Origin: Candidatus Poribacteria bacterium
GTDB lineage: Bacteria > Poribacteria > WGA-4E > PCPOR2b
Direction: 5' to 3'
DNA: 64,000 bases
Assembly: GCA_965116925.1 (NCBI GenBank)
Contig: OZ220744.1
Span: 64,001-128,000, forward strand
A program made the position numbers and the translations under genes. Below the pieces are notes generated by a model that saw nothing but the letters and a program-made list of their open reading frames with translations, was not told the DNA's origin and ran no database searches. This document shows positions 49,792-59,822 of the stretch, piece after piece (position 1 is the first letter of the stretch; every line of letters begins with the position of its first letter).

Positions 49792-50631
49792 CTAAGTGCC
49801 GGTGTCTTCCCTGAAGCGAAATGCGGGTTCTTTGGTAAAACCTGTGGAGGTGATGGTCGGGCACAGATGTTTCTCAATATGCTCGACTATCAAGTCAGTT
49901 CCGCGGAAGTGATTAAACTCAGATGATACAGGTTGAAAAAACGAATCCGTCAGGTCACGGCATAACACAACGTTTTTTCCATGGTAGACCATCTGCCTGA
50001 GCCCAAATGGTCGTCCAGAAACGCAGATATTGGTGTGAACGCCCATCAGAATGACATTGTCGATGCCACGCGCCTCCATTAGGTTATAGACTTCTTGACC
50101 ATCGTCGCTGATTGCATCTTCGGAGGCAATCTCAATCGTCTCGATTTGCCGAGTCCAAGGTACTTTTCCACCCTTCCACTGTCGGGTTCCTTGATCATCA
50201 GCGACCCAACCGGGACACGGTTCGCTACATCCACACCCACCATTCCGCATGAAAGACAGCGGTTCTCCCTCACGTTCAGGATCCCAATAGTTCCACTTGA
50301 TTTCAACCGGCGATTCAGTAAGCGGTGCCTCTATAGCTCGCTGACGTTGCGGCGTGTCATCATAAAACGACATCGTGCCGCTCGGCGCATGGATGATAAA
50401 CACGCCAGCCTCCCGCGCTGCTGACACCATCCGATTCATCATTGGCACCATCTCCGCGACGCGGCGGGCAGCGGCTTTGCACGTATGATCATCCCACATA
50501 TCACAAATAATGATTGTAGTTTGTCGTGGATCCCAGTGGACGGTTTGAACGCTCTCCTGATCCTCGCACCTACTGCGCTGTTCCAGCAAGAGGCTTTCCT
50601 GATTCTGACTTGTCATTGTTTTCCCTGCCAA
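49792..50631 (-). CDS. Isochorismatase-like cysteine hydrolase
   Basis: IIICDMWD, IIHAPS, MGVHTNICV.GR.FG, RDLTD. Confidence 0.8.
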   Translation of the reverse strand: MAGKTMTSQNQESLLLEQRSRCEDQESVQTVHWDPRQTTIIICDMWDDHTCKAAARRVAEMVPMMNRMVSAAREAGVFIIHAPSGTMSFYDDTPQRQRAIEAPLTESPVEIKWNYWDPEREGEPLSFMRNGGCGCSEPCPGWVADDQGTRQWKGGKVPWTRQIETIEIASEDAISDDGQEVYNLMEARGIDNVILMGVHTNICVSGRPFGLRQMVYHGKNVVLCRDLTDSFFQPVSSEFNHFRGTDLIVEHIEKHLCPTITSTGFTKEPAFRFREDTGT

Positions 50632-50703
50632 TCATTATTGCCATAAGGAGTTGGAAGAATAGAAGAAATCAGTTGCTTCCATTCTTCCCCTGAAATTGCG
50701 CGA

Positions 50704-51702
50704 TTACTCTTCAAACGCTGAATCAAACGCCCGGGCGGATGGCTCAAAATCGTAGCCTTTGACTTTGGCACAGGCTTCGCGTGCCCCGTGCTCCCGATCC
50801 ATACCGCTGTCCTCCCATTCAATAGAGAGGGGCCCATCATATTCAATATTATTGAGTGCACGGATGATTTCTTCAAACTCGATATTGCCGCGACCGATTG
50901 ACCGAAAATCCCAATACCGTCGAGCGTCGCCGAAATCCAAATGTCCACCAAAGACACCAGAGAGGCGCGGTGTCGACGACCACCACACATCTTTCATATG
51001 GGCGTGGTAGATGCGATCGCTGAACTGTCCAATAAACGCAACATAATCAACACCCTGATAGCCAAGGTGGCTTGGATCGTAGTTGAAACCGAATGTTTCA
51101 CGTCCATTGACCGCTTCGATGGCGCGTTCTGAACTCACAATGTCGAAGGCAATCTCGGTCGGATGGACCTCAAGCCCGAACTTAATCCCGACCTCATCGA
51201 ACACATCAAAAATTGGATTCCAGCGGTTGGCGAAATCCTCAAAACCCGCATCAATTTGGGCAGGATCATTGGGAGGAAAAGAATAGAGCAAGTGCCAAAT
51301 GCTGCTACCCGTAAATCCGTTGACGACACTCACGCCGAGTTTTGCTGCAGCACGGGCGGTCTTTTTCATCTCTTCCGCAGCACGTCCACGAACCCCTTCA
51401 GGATCGCCATCGCCCCAGATATCGGGTGACAGGATAGCTTCGTGGCGGCTGTCAATATTGTCGCAAACTGCCTGCCCGACAAGGTGATTACTAATTGACC
51501 AGACCTTTAGTCCGTATTTCGCTAAAAGGTCATGTCGTCCTTGGCAATAGCCATCGTCTTCGAGGGCTTTATCAACTTCAAAGTGATCTCCCCAACATGC
51601 CAATTCCAGTCCGTCGTATCCCCAATCGCTAGCTTTTTGCGCTAGCTCTTCAAGCGATAAATCCGCCCACTGCCCCGTAAATAGTGTTACAGGTCTTGCC
51701 AT
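50704..51702 (-). CDS. Sugar phosphate isomerase/epimerase (TIM barrel)
   Basis: [41 protein letters not shown]. Confidence 0.9.
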   Translation of the reverse strand: MARPVTLFTGQWADLSLEELAQKASDWGYDGLELACWGDHFEVDKALEDDGYCQGRHDLLAKYGLKVWSISNHLVGQAVCDNIDSRHEAILSPDIWGDGDPEGVRGRAAEEMKKTARAAAKLGVSVVNGFTGSSIWHLLYSFPPNDPAQIDAGFEDFANRWNPIFDVFDEVGIKFGLEVHPTEIAFDIVSSERAIEAVNGRETFGFNYDPSHLGYQGVDYVAFIGQFSDRIYHAHMKDVWWSSTPRLSGVFGGHLDFGDARRYWDFRSIGRGNIEFEEIIRALNNIEYDGPLSIEWEDSGMDREHGAREACAKVKGYDFEPSARAFDSAFEE

Positions 51703-51858
51703 CTTATTCCTCCTTAGTATTAGGTCGTCAAAAGTAAAGAGTTGGTAAGGGATCTGTCAACTCCAAAGGATGATAGGTTTTACATTTCTCTTCGGCTCAT
51801 GTTAGGAAATCGTGCAACAGAAACCGATTGAGTACGTTAGTTGCCCCGTTCAGTAATG

Positions 51859-51896
51859 AACTAATGAACCCATGAACAAAGTCTTCACGTTTCACG
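51859..51896. repeat. Intergenic short-repeat element (copy 2)
   Basis: Matches 7337..7376. Confidence 0.75.
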
Positions 51897-51943
51897 CATC
51901 ACGTTTTTGCATTTTGCACTTTCTTTTGACATGAGCCTTCTCT

Positions 51944-53116
51944 TTACGCCGGTGGCATATAGCTTGCGTCCACCCATCCCCGTTGGTTCCCGCTTTCGAC
52001 CGCTTTATGGATAAAGTGAACACCCCGTGCACCATCCTGCACAGTCGGAAAATCTGTATCGAACTCATCTGGCGTTTCGCCGGAGAGTTTTGCAGCAATC
52101 GTGCGTGCAGCGTTGACATAAACGTTCGCAAACGCTTCTATGAACGCTTCTGGATGTCCAAAGGGCAGTCGTGAGTTGTGCGCCGCAACCGGAGCAACGT
52201 AGTCGTTACCGCGCTTATACACATGCTCAGGACCATCTGGAAAACGGACATAGAGATAATTCGGATTTTCCTGATGCCATTCGAGTGAAGCCGCCGTACC
52301 ATAGACACGAATGCGGAGATTATTCTCTTCACCTACCGAGATCTGCGAGGCGTACAGCACTCCCCGTGCGCCGTCTTTATAATGTACTAGGATATTCCCA
52401 TCATCTTCGAGCTGTCTGCCATCAACAAAGGTGGTCAGGTCCGCACAGATCTCCTCTAACTCTAAGCCGGTAATATAATGAGCGAGATTTTCAGCGTGTG
52501 ACCCAATGTCCCCGATACAAGACGAAACCCCCGCTTGGCTTGGATCTGTCCGCCAAACTGCTTGCTTTGCGCCCTCTCCCTCCAAAAATGTTGCGAGCCA
52601 TCCCTGTGGATATTCGACAACAATTTTCCGTACTGATCCGAGCGTCCCCTGTGATACCAACTCACGGGCTTGCTTCACCATCGGATAGCCTGTGTAGTTA
52701 TGCGTCAACGCAAAGACCACATCATGCTGTTTCACTAACCCGCAAAGTGCTTCCGCATCTTCTAGCGTCGTTGTCATCGGCTTATCGCACACGACGTGAA
52801 ATCCTGCTTCAATGAATGTTTTAGCAACGCCAAAATGAACGTGGTTTGGTGTCACAATGGACACGAAGTCGATACGCTCTCCTTCGGGCAAGGCACTCTC
52901 TTTTTCCGCCATTTCCTGATATGAGTCGTATACGCGATTAGAGTCAAGCAACAACTCCCCGCCCTGTTGCTGCGATTTTTCAGGTGATGCAGAAAACGCC
53001 CCGGCAACAAGGTCGATTTCCCCGTCGAGTGCTGCAGCTTTTCGGTGAACCGCTCCTATGAATGCGTCCGGACCGCCGCCGACCATTCCGTAACGTATTT
53101 TTCTTCCAAGTGGCAT
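51944..53116 (-). CDS. Gfo/Idh/MocA family oxidoreductase
   Basis: GMVGGG..AFIG.VH, TPNH.H, CDKP, YPQGW, WRTDP, DIGSHA, GHPE.FIEAFAN.Y. Confidence 0.92.
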   Translation of the reverse strand: MPLGRKIRYGMVGGGPDAFIGAVHRKAAALDGEIDLVAGAFSASPEKSQQQGGELLLDSNRVYDSYQEMAEKESALPEGERIDFVSIVTPNHVHFGVAKTFIEAGFHVVCDKPMTTTLEDAEALCGLVKQHDVVFALTHNYTGYPMVKQARELVSQGTLGSVRKIVVEYPQGWLATFLEGEGAKQAVWRTDPSQAGVSSCIGDIGSHAENLAHYITGLELEEICADLTTFVDGRQLEDDGNILVHYKDGARGVLYASQISVGEENNLRIRVYGTAASLEWHQENPNYLYVRFPDGPEHVYKRGNDYVAPVAAHNSRLPFGHPEAFIEAFANVYVNAARTIAAKLSGETPDEFDTDFPTVQDGARGVHFIHKAVESGNQRGWVDASYMPPA

Positions 53117-53179
53117 ATTATTAACTCCTACGATTTTGAATGCTAAACCCGCCTTAAAATCCGCGGGTTACGAATACGG

Positions 53180-53208
53180 ATTATAGCACGATTTACGGCT
53201 CTTGTCAA
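53180..53208 (-). promoter_or_regulatory. sigma70 promoter for the oxidoreductase/isomerase genes
   Basis: Minus strand TTGACA-N17-TATAAT with extended TG. Confidence 0.75.
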
Positions 53209-53223
53209 ACGGACTTCGCTACG

Positions 53224-54836
53224 ATGAACTATACCTACGACGCCGAAGGGAAACTGACCCAACGGAGCGAAGGGACCGATTCGGATGCGTTCACCTACAG
53301 CTTCGGCTCACAGTTGACACAGATACAGAAGACCCGTAACGGGGTCGTGACTCAGACACTGAGCTATGCCTACGACGGTGGCGGACAGCGGGTGAAGGTC
53401 ACCGATAGCGGTGGGACACGCTACTTCCTCTACGATGGCGGGATGCCGGTCTTGGAATTGGACCAAAACAAGAAAATCACTACGAGTTACCTCTACGGTG
53501 CTGATGGTGTGGTCTACCGTCGGAAACACAACGCCGTCGCACACTGGCATTTCGATGAAGGAACCGGCACAACCGCACACGATGTCGATGGCGCTAACCA
53601 CGGAACCCTCGGCGCTGGCGATGCAAATAAGACACCGACTTGGAGCTTTGGTTGTGGGCTCATGTCACCGCACGGTACGACGGCGCACAGATGCGAATCT
53701 TCATCAACGTAACCATCGAATCGGCAACCACCGCAGCGACCGGATCCCTGGCCGCAAGCACAGCACCGCTATTCATTGGCGGCGGGCATAATCACTTCCA
53801 TGGATACCTCGACGATATTTCCATCTATGACCGCGCGCTGTCCGATAGTGAGATAACAGACTTAGTGAACGATGTCGATAAACGGTATGAATACCACCAC
53901 ATAAACGCTTTGGGAAGTAACATCGTCTCAACCGATGATAACCAGAATGTGTTGACCCGCTATGAGTACGATGTATTTGGCGCAATACGAAATGAGACAG
54001 GGACAAGCGATAACACCCGAAAGCTCACCGGCAAGGAGTTTGATGCCGATAGTAACCTCTATTACTGCGCCGCCCGCTACTACGACCCCTACATCGGAAG
54101 GTTCACACAACGAAACCCGATTGGCGATGGCGTCAATTGGTATGCCTATACACGGAATAATCCACTCAAGTTTGTTGATCCAACAGGGTTGCAGACCGAA
54201 GCTCCAAGACCACTAAGTCCTCTGGAGGTATCAGCTATCAACTTCATGTTCCAAGGTTCTATCAATCCGGCTGAGCTGCGAATACAAATTACTCATATAA
54301 ATAAGGGCAGGGGTTTTTATTATAATGATGAAAAACTAATTCAGATTAGCGAAGATTTGTACGATGCAGCAGGTCTCTCTGCCAATTCGATAGCATCGGC
54401 AGACATCGTGCTTTCTCCCGCTGTCATCGACTATCTTAGCACAGTCGTCCATGAAGGTGTTCATGCCTGGCAGTCTGTACACGGCGGTTTCGATGGATAC
54501 AGGGTTGGTGCAAACGGGAAGGTAATGTATGGATTCAATTTTGCCCAGTTAGCTGCGCTGGATCTCGCTAGAGAACAATCTGCTTCAGCGGTGGCGAGTG
54601 CTTTTATACTCAAATGGCAGTTACATCACGGTGCTGAAGTAATAGATCTTGATTTTGTTAATTTTAGGCGGTTTAGCTTCAATGGTCCTCCTAACGATAT
54701 TAGTAAGCCATACGGACTTTTGGGAAGTCCATTCGGAAAGAGCGTAGCTAGTTCTTGGGGCGACCATGTAAACAGAACTTTAGCAGGAAGTATCCTTTGG
54801 TTTTTCAACCCATTACTGGCTCATGTAGGGAGTTAA
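53224..54836 (+). pseudogene. Orphan RHS fragment with broken LamG insert and C-terminal HExxH toxin-like domain
   Basis: YD repeats; VAHWHFDEG and W.HV...YDG...G.LDDI.IYDRALS..EI LamG motifs in two frames; RHS core TGKE.D...ARYYDP..GRF, NPLKFVDPTG; HEGVH. Confidence 0.8.
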
Positions 54837-55772
54837 ATGATGAACCTGTTAAATCGTATCAACACTGTTTTATTACAAATGACTTATAGCCTTCTGGTTA
54901 AAAGCCAGAAGGCTGCAGGTCAGATTGTAACGGTAGGTTGTGTCCTGTTTTTGATTGGCTGCGATACCGATAATAGTAACAATGACGTGGCTAACAGTAA
55001 CAATGACGTGGCACCGGAAAGGGCACAGTTGGTAAAAACCACCCCCGCAGTCAGCGAAATTGAGCGATATACGCCGGAAATAGAACTCGTTTTCGATAAG
55101 CCAGTGGCACAGGTCGAAGTCACCGTAGTTAGCGAAATTGAGCCACATACGCCGAAATGGGAAGTCGCGGGGGAACTGGTCGAAGTCAATGAGGTTGAGG
55201 CCGCCCTCAACCCAACAATGTCGGTCGGTGCTTGGCAATCAACGACGGTTTGGACACTGGATCTAAGCCTTTTTGAGGCGATCCATCCGCCCACTCATCC
55301 CCTGTCGACGAGAGACTTTCTCCAAACACAAGTCTGTTTTACCGTCAGCTATGTCGATGAAACGGGCATCTATCAAGAAGATCTGGATTGTGTGAAACTC
55401 CCTTTTGTCGATGGTGGATACATACAACCTCGAATTATTGAAGGGACGGTCAAAGACGGTGACGTGGATGTGGATATAGACAAACTACACGCGTTTGGCT
55501 TTACCTTCCGATTTAGCGAGAAACTTGTCGGAGATCTTGAAATACGTCCTAAAATCAGTGGTGAAGATCCCTTCCCAGAATACGGCGAAGATCTTTGTTG
55601 GATCGTAGAATGGAGTGAGGCTGGGTTTGGCGAGTCGGTCAGACTGTACCGACACGCTCAAAAGGGGCAAAGACTGCTCCCCGGTATGGTTTATACAATT
55701 AAGTTCGCGGTGAGCAATGCAGGGGGCGATAGCATAGAAACTCCCCGGATTACATTCACCACGAAGGCGTGA
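54837..55772 (+). CDS. Putative lipoprotein with Ig-like folds (possible immunity protein)
   Basis: LIGC lipobox-like motif; starts directly after the RHS stop; 21-bp tandem duplication at 54971..55012. Confidence 0.55.
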   Translation: MMNLLNRINTVLLQMTYSLLVKSQKAAGQIVTVGCVLFLIGCDTDNSNNDVANSNNDVAPERAQLVKTTPAVSEIERYTPEIELVFDKPVAQVEVTVVSEIEPHTPKWEVAGELVEVNEVEAALNPTMSVGAWQSTTVWTLDLSLFEAIHPPTHPLSTRDFLQTQVCFTVSYVDETGIYQEDLDCVKLPFVDGGYIQPRIIEGTVKDGDVDVDIDKLHAFGFTFRFSEKLVGDLEIRPKISGEDPFPEYGEDLCWIVEWSEAGFGESVRLYRHAQKGQRLLPGMVYTIKFAVSNAGGDSIETPRITFTTKA

Positions 55773-55794
55773 GATTTTTTTTCACATTTGCAGG

Positions 55795-55844
55795 AAGGGC
55801 AAGCGGCGGGGAAAAGAAATTGAGTCTACGGCTTGCCCTTTTTT
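55795..55844 (+). terminator. Probable intrinsic terminator
   Basis: AAGGGCAAGC/GCTTGCCCTT stem followed by a T tract (loop is long). Confidence 0.5.
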
Positions 55845-55910
55845 GTTTTCGGTAGACGTGCCACCCCATGTCAACACTCTAGGGAATAACATCGTCTTAA
55901 CCGAAATCAA

Positions 55911-56747
55911 CTACATCTTGTTCTTCTTCTGTGAACCGGCGGGATGGTAATACGGCTCTAACAACAGATGTGACTTGGCAGGATCAGCGGCGGTACGCGC
56001 TAGCAGATCAGCCGACGGTTCGCAGCGGGGCCAATTGACCATGTACGAAGGACCGTACTGGTAAGACAACCACAGATCCCCTGCGCGAGTTGTTGGTTGG
56101 AATGCGTGAGAGAGGTTCTCGGTAAACAAAACACCCGATCCAGCACGCAACGGGATGTTGTGCAACGGCGCAATTGCGTTCAGATCCGTATGCTCATAGG
56201 GATGTGGAAGGCTAGCTTTGTGGCTGGCAGGGATCGTGCAGAACGTCCCATCCCGATCGGAAGTGTCAGTCAACGCAATCAGGCAGGTAATCATCAGACA
56301 ACGGAATTGACCATCTCCAAAGCAGCGGTAGCGGGCATAACGTCTCGGATCCGCATCGCCGCCTTGGGTGAGTTGGCTACTCTTTCCCGGTGTTCTGAAT
56401 ATTGCCCGTGAACCGACGAGACGGTATTGGCGTCCCCAGATAAATTCCTGCACATAATCGAGGACACACGGCAGTGCCATGGCATCCTCAACGGTGTCCC
56501 CTCCTTCAATGACGTTGACGAGTTCGCAGCCATCAGGACCGCCTGGCAAGAGCGTTATATTTTCCGGCGTTGCCACCCTAATCCTTGACAAGGTATCCTG
56601 CGCCTGCGAAACTTGGGCGGGGTTCAGGAGACCCTCCAGCACTAGGTAGCCTGCCGTATCGAAGAAATGCTTATCTTCAACGGAGACCTCAGACTCACCG
56701 AGACCGATCTGCAAGTCAAAGACATCTTCTTCTGTGGCGGGTTTCAT
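55911..56747 (-). CDS. PhyH-fold protein lacking the first iron-binding His
   Basis: FFDTAGYLVL, LTQGG in place of LHGG, IPASHK, FTENLSH. Confidence 0.7.
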   Translation of the reverse strand: MKPATEEDVFDLQIGLGESEVSVEDKHFFDTAGYLVLEGLLNPAQVSQAQDTLSRIRVATPENITLLPGGPDGCELVNVIEGGDTVEDAMALPCVLDYVQEFIWGRQYRLVGSRAIFRTPGKSSQLTQGGDADPRRYARYRCFGDGQFRCLMITCLIALTDTSDRDGTFCTIPASHKASLPHPYEHTDLNAIAPLHNIPLRAGSGVLFTENLSHAFQPTTRAGDLWLSYQYGPSYMVNWPRCEPSADLLARTAADPAKSHLLLEPYYHPAGSQKKNKM

Positions 56748-56806
56748 GGAACCTACCTTCCGATTTCTCAGGAATTATGTCCGCTTTTAACTCATCGGGA
56801 CTCATG

Positions 56807-57631
56807 CTAACGGACATCGGTTTCAGCTGTATGGGCAAATGGGGAAGGTCCTTGGATAAGTTCTAGCCGACGCGGAGTTGCACGCTGCTCAAAACCTTCG
56901 GCTGTCATTGCCAAGCCGTGCCAAGTGCAGTGAAACGCCGGTGCGTAAGAATAAAACAGTGTTCGGCGCACCTTTGAACCGCGGTTTTCCACAGCCCCGT
57001 GGGATAGGTCTTCGGAGAAAATAATAGCATCACCGGCTCTACACGGCAGCGGCTGCACAAGCGGATGGGTGGGATCCGGAATCTGACCTACGAGCGGGTT
57101 AGTGAAGTTGCTCTTGTGGCTTCCGGGGATAACAGCAAAGCAACCGTCTTTGACATCAACGTCGGTCAACGCATACCCAATTTTCACGCTCACGCACTTG
57201 AACTCTCCATCTTGGAAAGCATACTCACTATAAGGTAGTAACTCCGCATAACCGTGATGGAAGCGAAATGCCCCTCCGCTGTTCCGTGACATAAAGCTGG
57301 CTGCATCCAGCCGGGATGGCTCACCAATCATCTCCTCAATATAGTGAAGTGTCTGGGGTAGGTCAATGAGCTCCTCAAAGGGACCTCCATAACGGAGCAC
57401 CTCACAGTCATAATCCCCCAAACCGTCCTCCGGCGGGGCACCCGTCTGGGCGTAGACATTGTCCGAAGCGCGATATTTCCTTTCCACGCCCAAGGCTGCT
57501 GTCCGACTATCATCAAGCGTTTCAAGGTCATCGATCGTTTCGTTGAGTCGCTGACGCACATCGGGGGACAGCACCCCGCGCAATACCAAATATCCGTGCA
57601 GGTCAAATAGATATCTTTCTTCCGATGTCAT
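56807..57631 (-). CDS. PhyH-like dioxygenase, HHG variant
   Basis: FDLHGYLVL, FHHG, GCFAVIPGSHK, AGDAIIFSEDLSHG. Confidence 0.8.
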   Translation of the reverse strand: MTSEERYLFDLHGYLVLRGVLSPDVRQRLNETIDDLETLDDSRTAALGVERKYRASDNVYAQTGAPPEDGLGDYDCEVLRYGGPFEELIDLPQTLHYIEEMIGEPSRLDAASFMSRNSGGAFRFHHGYAELLPYSEYAFQDGEFKCVSVKIGYALTDVDVKDGCFAVIPGSHKSNFTNPLVGQIPDPTHPLVQPLPCRAGDAIIFSEDLSHGAVENRGSKVRRTLFYSYAPAFHCTWHGLAMTAEGFEQRATPRRLELIQGPSPFAHTAETDVR

Positions 57632-57688
57632 ATGATATACTCCCAATTTTCATTGGTTCCGTCGGAATGCAACGCCATTGAAGACATT

Positions 57689-57958
57689 TCAGCCTGCCTC
57701 ATCGAAGCCGCTTTCAACCAATTTTGATAGTACTTCAACAGCTTCCTCCTCGTCGGATCCTTCTGCTCGAATCGTAAGTTGAGTGCCGCGGTTTGCTGCT
57801 AACATCATGATTCCCATGATACTTTTTGCATTGACCTTCATCAGCCCTTTTTGGATGTAGATGTTGGAAGAGAATTGATTCGCCGCTTGAGACAGTACGC
57901 CGGCGGGACGGGCATGCAAACCGAGCGCATTGCGGATTGTCACCAATTGTTCAATCAT
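57689..57958 (-). CDS. ptsH: HPr phosphocarrier protein
   Basis: GLHARPA, NAKSIMG. Confidence 0.93.
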   Translation of the reverse strand: MIEQLVTIRNALGLHARPAGVLSQAANQFSSNIYIQKGLMKVNAKSIMGIMMLAANRGTQLTIRAEGSDEEEAVEVLSKLVESGFDEAG

Positions 57959-57988
57959 AATAATCTTCCTTATCGGCTGATGGGGCTG

Positions 57989-59008
57989 TTAAATTACCTT
58001 TGACTTTGTTGGCCCCAAAATTTCACGATGAAGCGTTGTATGCTGCCATTCGTCAAGCACAGCTTCATCGTTCTGCTCTGCCATTTCTGCAATGAGGGAT
58101 TCATTGAGTTCTTTTGCTGCGTGGAACCCCAACTTTTGTCCCCAGAGATTCATTGCTGCAGCTTCGATTAGGTTCGAGATATTTCGTCCGGGTGCCACAG
58201 GGATGACAAGGTACGGTATCCGTTCATTATGAAAACTGTAAACCTCCTCATCAAGTCCCGTTCGGTTGTACACCTTGTTTTCGTCCCAATGTTCCAGTGT
58301 TACAACCAGTTCAACCTGTGTGCGATCGCCAACCGCGGTGACCCCAAAGAGTCCAATCACATCGACAATCCCTAACCCCCGGACCTCCATGTAATGCTTC
58401 ACCGGTTGGACACGCATCCCGAAAACGCGGTGGCCGGATACCCGTTTCAAAAGAACAGTGTCGTCTGCAATGAGGCGATGTCCTCGCTGGAGGAGCTCCA
58501 AGGCACATTCGCTTTTGCCAATTCCACTTTCACCGAGGATTAAAACACCGACGCCAAACACATCAACCAAGTTCCCGTGAACATACTCCGAAGGTCCGAA
58601 TTCATCTTCAAGGAACAGCAGCAGCCGGGTTGTGAAGATCGTAGATGATAGCCGGGTCTTCAAGATTGGTATATTTGTCTGATTGCCAATAACGACAAGT
58701 TCTGATGGCACGGGTAAGCCACCTGTAACAACCACGCACGGCAGAGCATACGAGAAGAATTGCTGTAAAACTTCAGTTCGTTCCGCAGAAGGGAGACTTT
58801 CTATATATGAAATTTCACCCTGTCCCAGAATCTGAACCCGTTCGTGTCCAAAGTGGTCGTAATGCCCACACAGAGCAAGGCCCGGACGGTTCGACTCCGC
58901 TGTTTTGAGTGCACGATCTAGCCCATCATGGCCAGCCGTGACCTCAAGTTGTAACTCGTAACCGGCATATTTGATTAGCTGACGCACCGTCATTATATGG
59001 TCTAGCAT
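57989..59008 (-). CDS. hprK: HPr kinase/phosphorylase
   Basis: RPGLAL.G, GVLILGESGIGKSE.ALEL..RGHRL.ADD, EVRGLG, PGRN. Confidence 0.95.
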   Translation of the reverse strand: MLDHIMTVRQLIKYAGYELQLEVTAGHDGLDRALKTAESNRPGLALCGHYDHFGHERVQILGQGEISYIESLPSAERTEVLQQFFSYALPCVVVTGGLPVPSELVVIGNQTNIPILKTRLSSTIFTTRLLLFLEDEFGPSEYVHGNLVDVFGVGVLILGESGIGKSECALELLQRGHRLIADDTVLLKRVSGHRVFGMRVQPVKHYMEVRGLGIVDVIGLFGVTAVGDRTQVELVVTLEHWDENKVYNRTGLDEEVYSFHNERIPYLVIPVAPGRNISNLIEAAAMNLWGQKLGFHAAKELNESLIAEMAEQNDEAVLDEWQHTTLHREILGPTKSKVI

Positions 59009-59056
59009 TCGACTATTCCTTTGGTGGATGAATCTAATCAGTGCAGTAATTTAACA

Positions 59057-59171
59057 GGGGGTGGTGAAGGATCGCCCAATGAATTGAGACAGGCTACACT
59101 CGGAGGAAAGGCTGACCACGCGTATGTGAATTGGCGAGACTTAGGCTATCGTTCAGTCAAACACATCCCCC
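59057..59171 (-). ncRNA. Candidate structured RNA (long hairpin with central bubble, 6S-like shape)
   Basis: Manual fold: GGGGGATGTG/CACCACCCCC, GATAGCCTAA/TTGGGCGATC, ~15-16 nt bubble, TACGCGTGG/CCGAGTGTA; G-U pairs favour the minus strand. Confidence 0.35.
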
Positions 59172-59179
59172 GAACGCCT

Positions 59180-59749
59180 CTAGACAAATTGAGGCTCAAC
59201 CCATCCATATTCACCGTTATCATCTTCGTAGACAACGTTGACCTGATTCGTCTGTGCGTTTAAGAAAAGCAACAAAGTATCTCCAGAAGTCTGAAGCTGC
59301 ATTACAGCTTCCCCTACGCTCATCGGCTTGGCAGCGAACTTTTCGGGATCTCTGAAGTGAGGTGCCGGCATATTTGATGGATCACTCGCATCCAATTCCA
59401 CCGGTGTGTCCTCCGCATTGCCACTTAACTGCACTGCTACCTCACGCCGAGACATGCGATGTCGTCGATCTTTAATCCGTTCTTTATGGCGACGAATTTG
59501 CGCCTCGATTTTGTCTATTACGTCGTCGAGCGATGAAAAAACCTCGTGTGTTTCACCTTGGGCATGGAAGGTGGCTTTCCGTGTCGCAAGCGTAATTTCC
59601 GTTCGGTAACGGTTTTTCTCCACCTCCATAACCACCTGAAAATCGATAACGTGATTAAAAATTACTTCGATTTTCTTAGCACGCTTCTCAATGTAAGTTC
59701 GAATATCGTCTGTAATTTCAAGGTGACGGCTAATAAGATGGATTTGCAT
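59180..59749 (-). CDS. hpf: Ribosome hibernation factor, long form (HPF/RaiA)
   Basis: RHLEITD.IR.Y...KIE.QIRRHK; C-terminal KPMS..EA.MQL...NVVY...G.YG. Confidence 0.92.
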   Translation of the reverse strand: MQIHLISRHLEITDDIRTYIEKRAKKIEVIFNHVIDFQVVMEVEKNRYRTEITLATRKATFHAQGETHEVFSSLDDVIDKIEAQIRRHKERIKDRRHRMSRREVAVQLSGNAEDTPVELDASDPSNMPAPHFRDPEKFAAKPMSVGEAVMQLQTSGDTLLLFLNAQTNQVNVVYEDDNGEYGWVEPQFV

Positions 59750-59822
59750 GACTTGGACTCCCTTTGTTAAAGTAATAATTGGTTGGTCGCTGCCGATTCA
59801 CCGCAAATCGGTCAGTAATTAC

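Noticed and set aside
59057..59171. CRISPR mini-array (repeat ending ATTGAGAC)
   Set aside because: Only two short, gapped repeats and no cas genes in the window.
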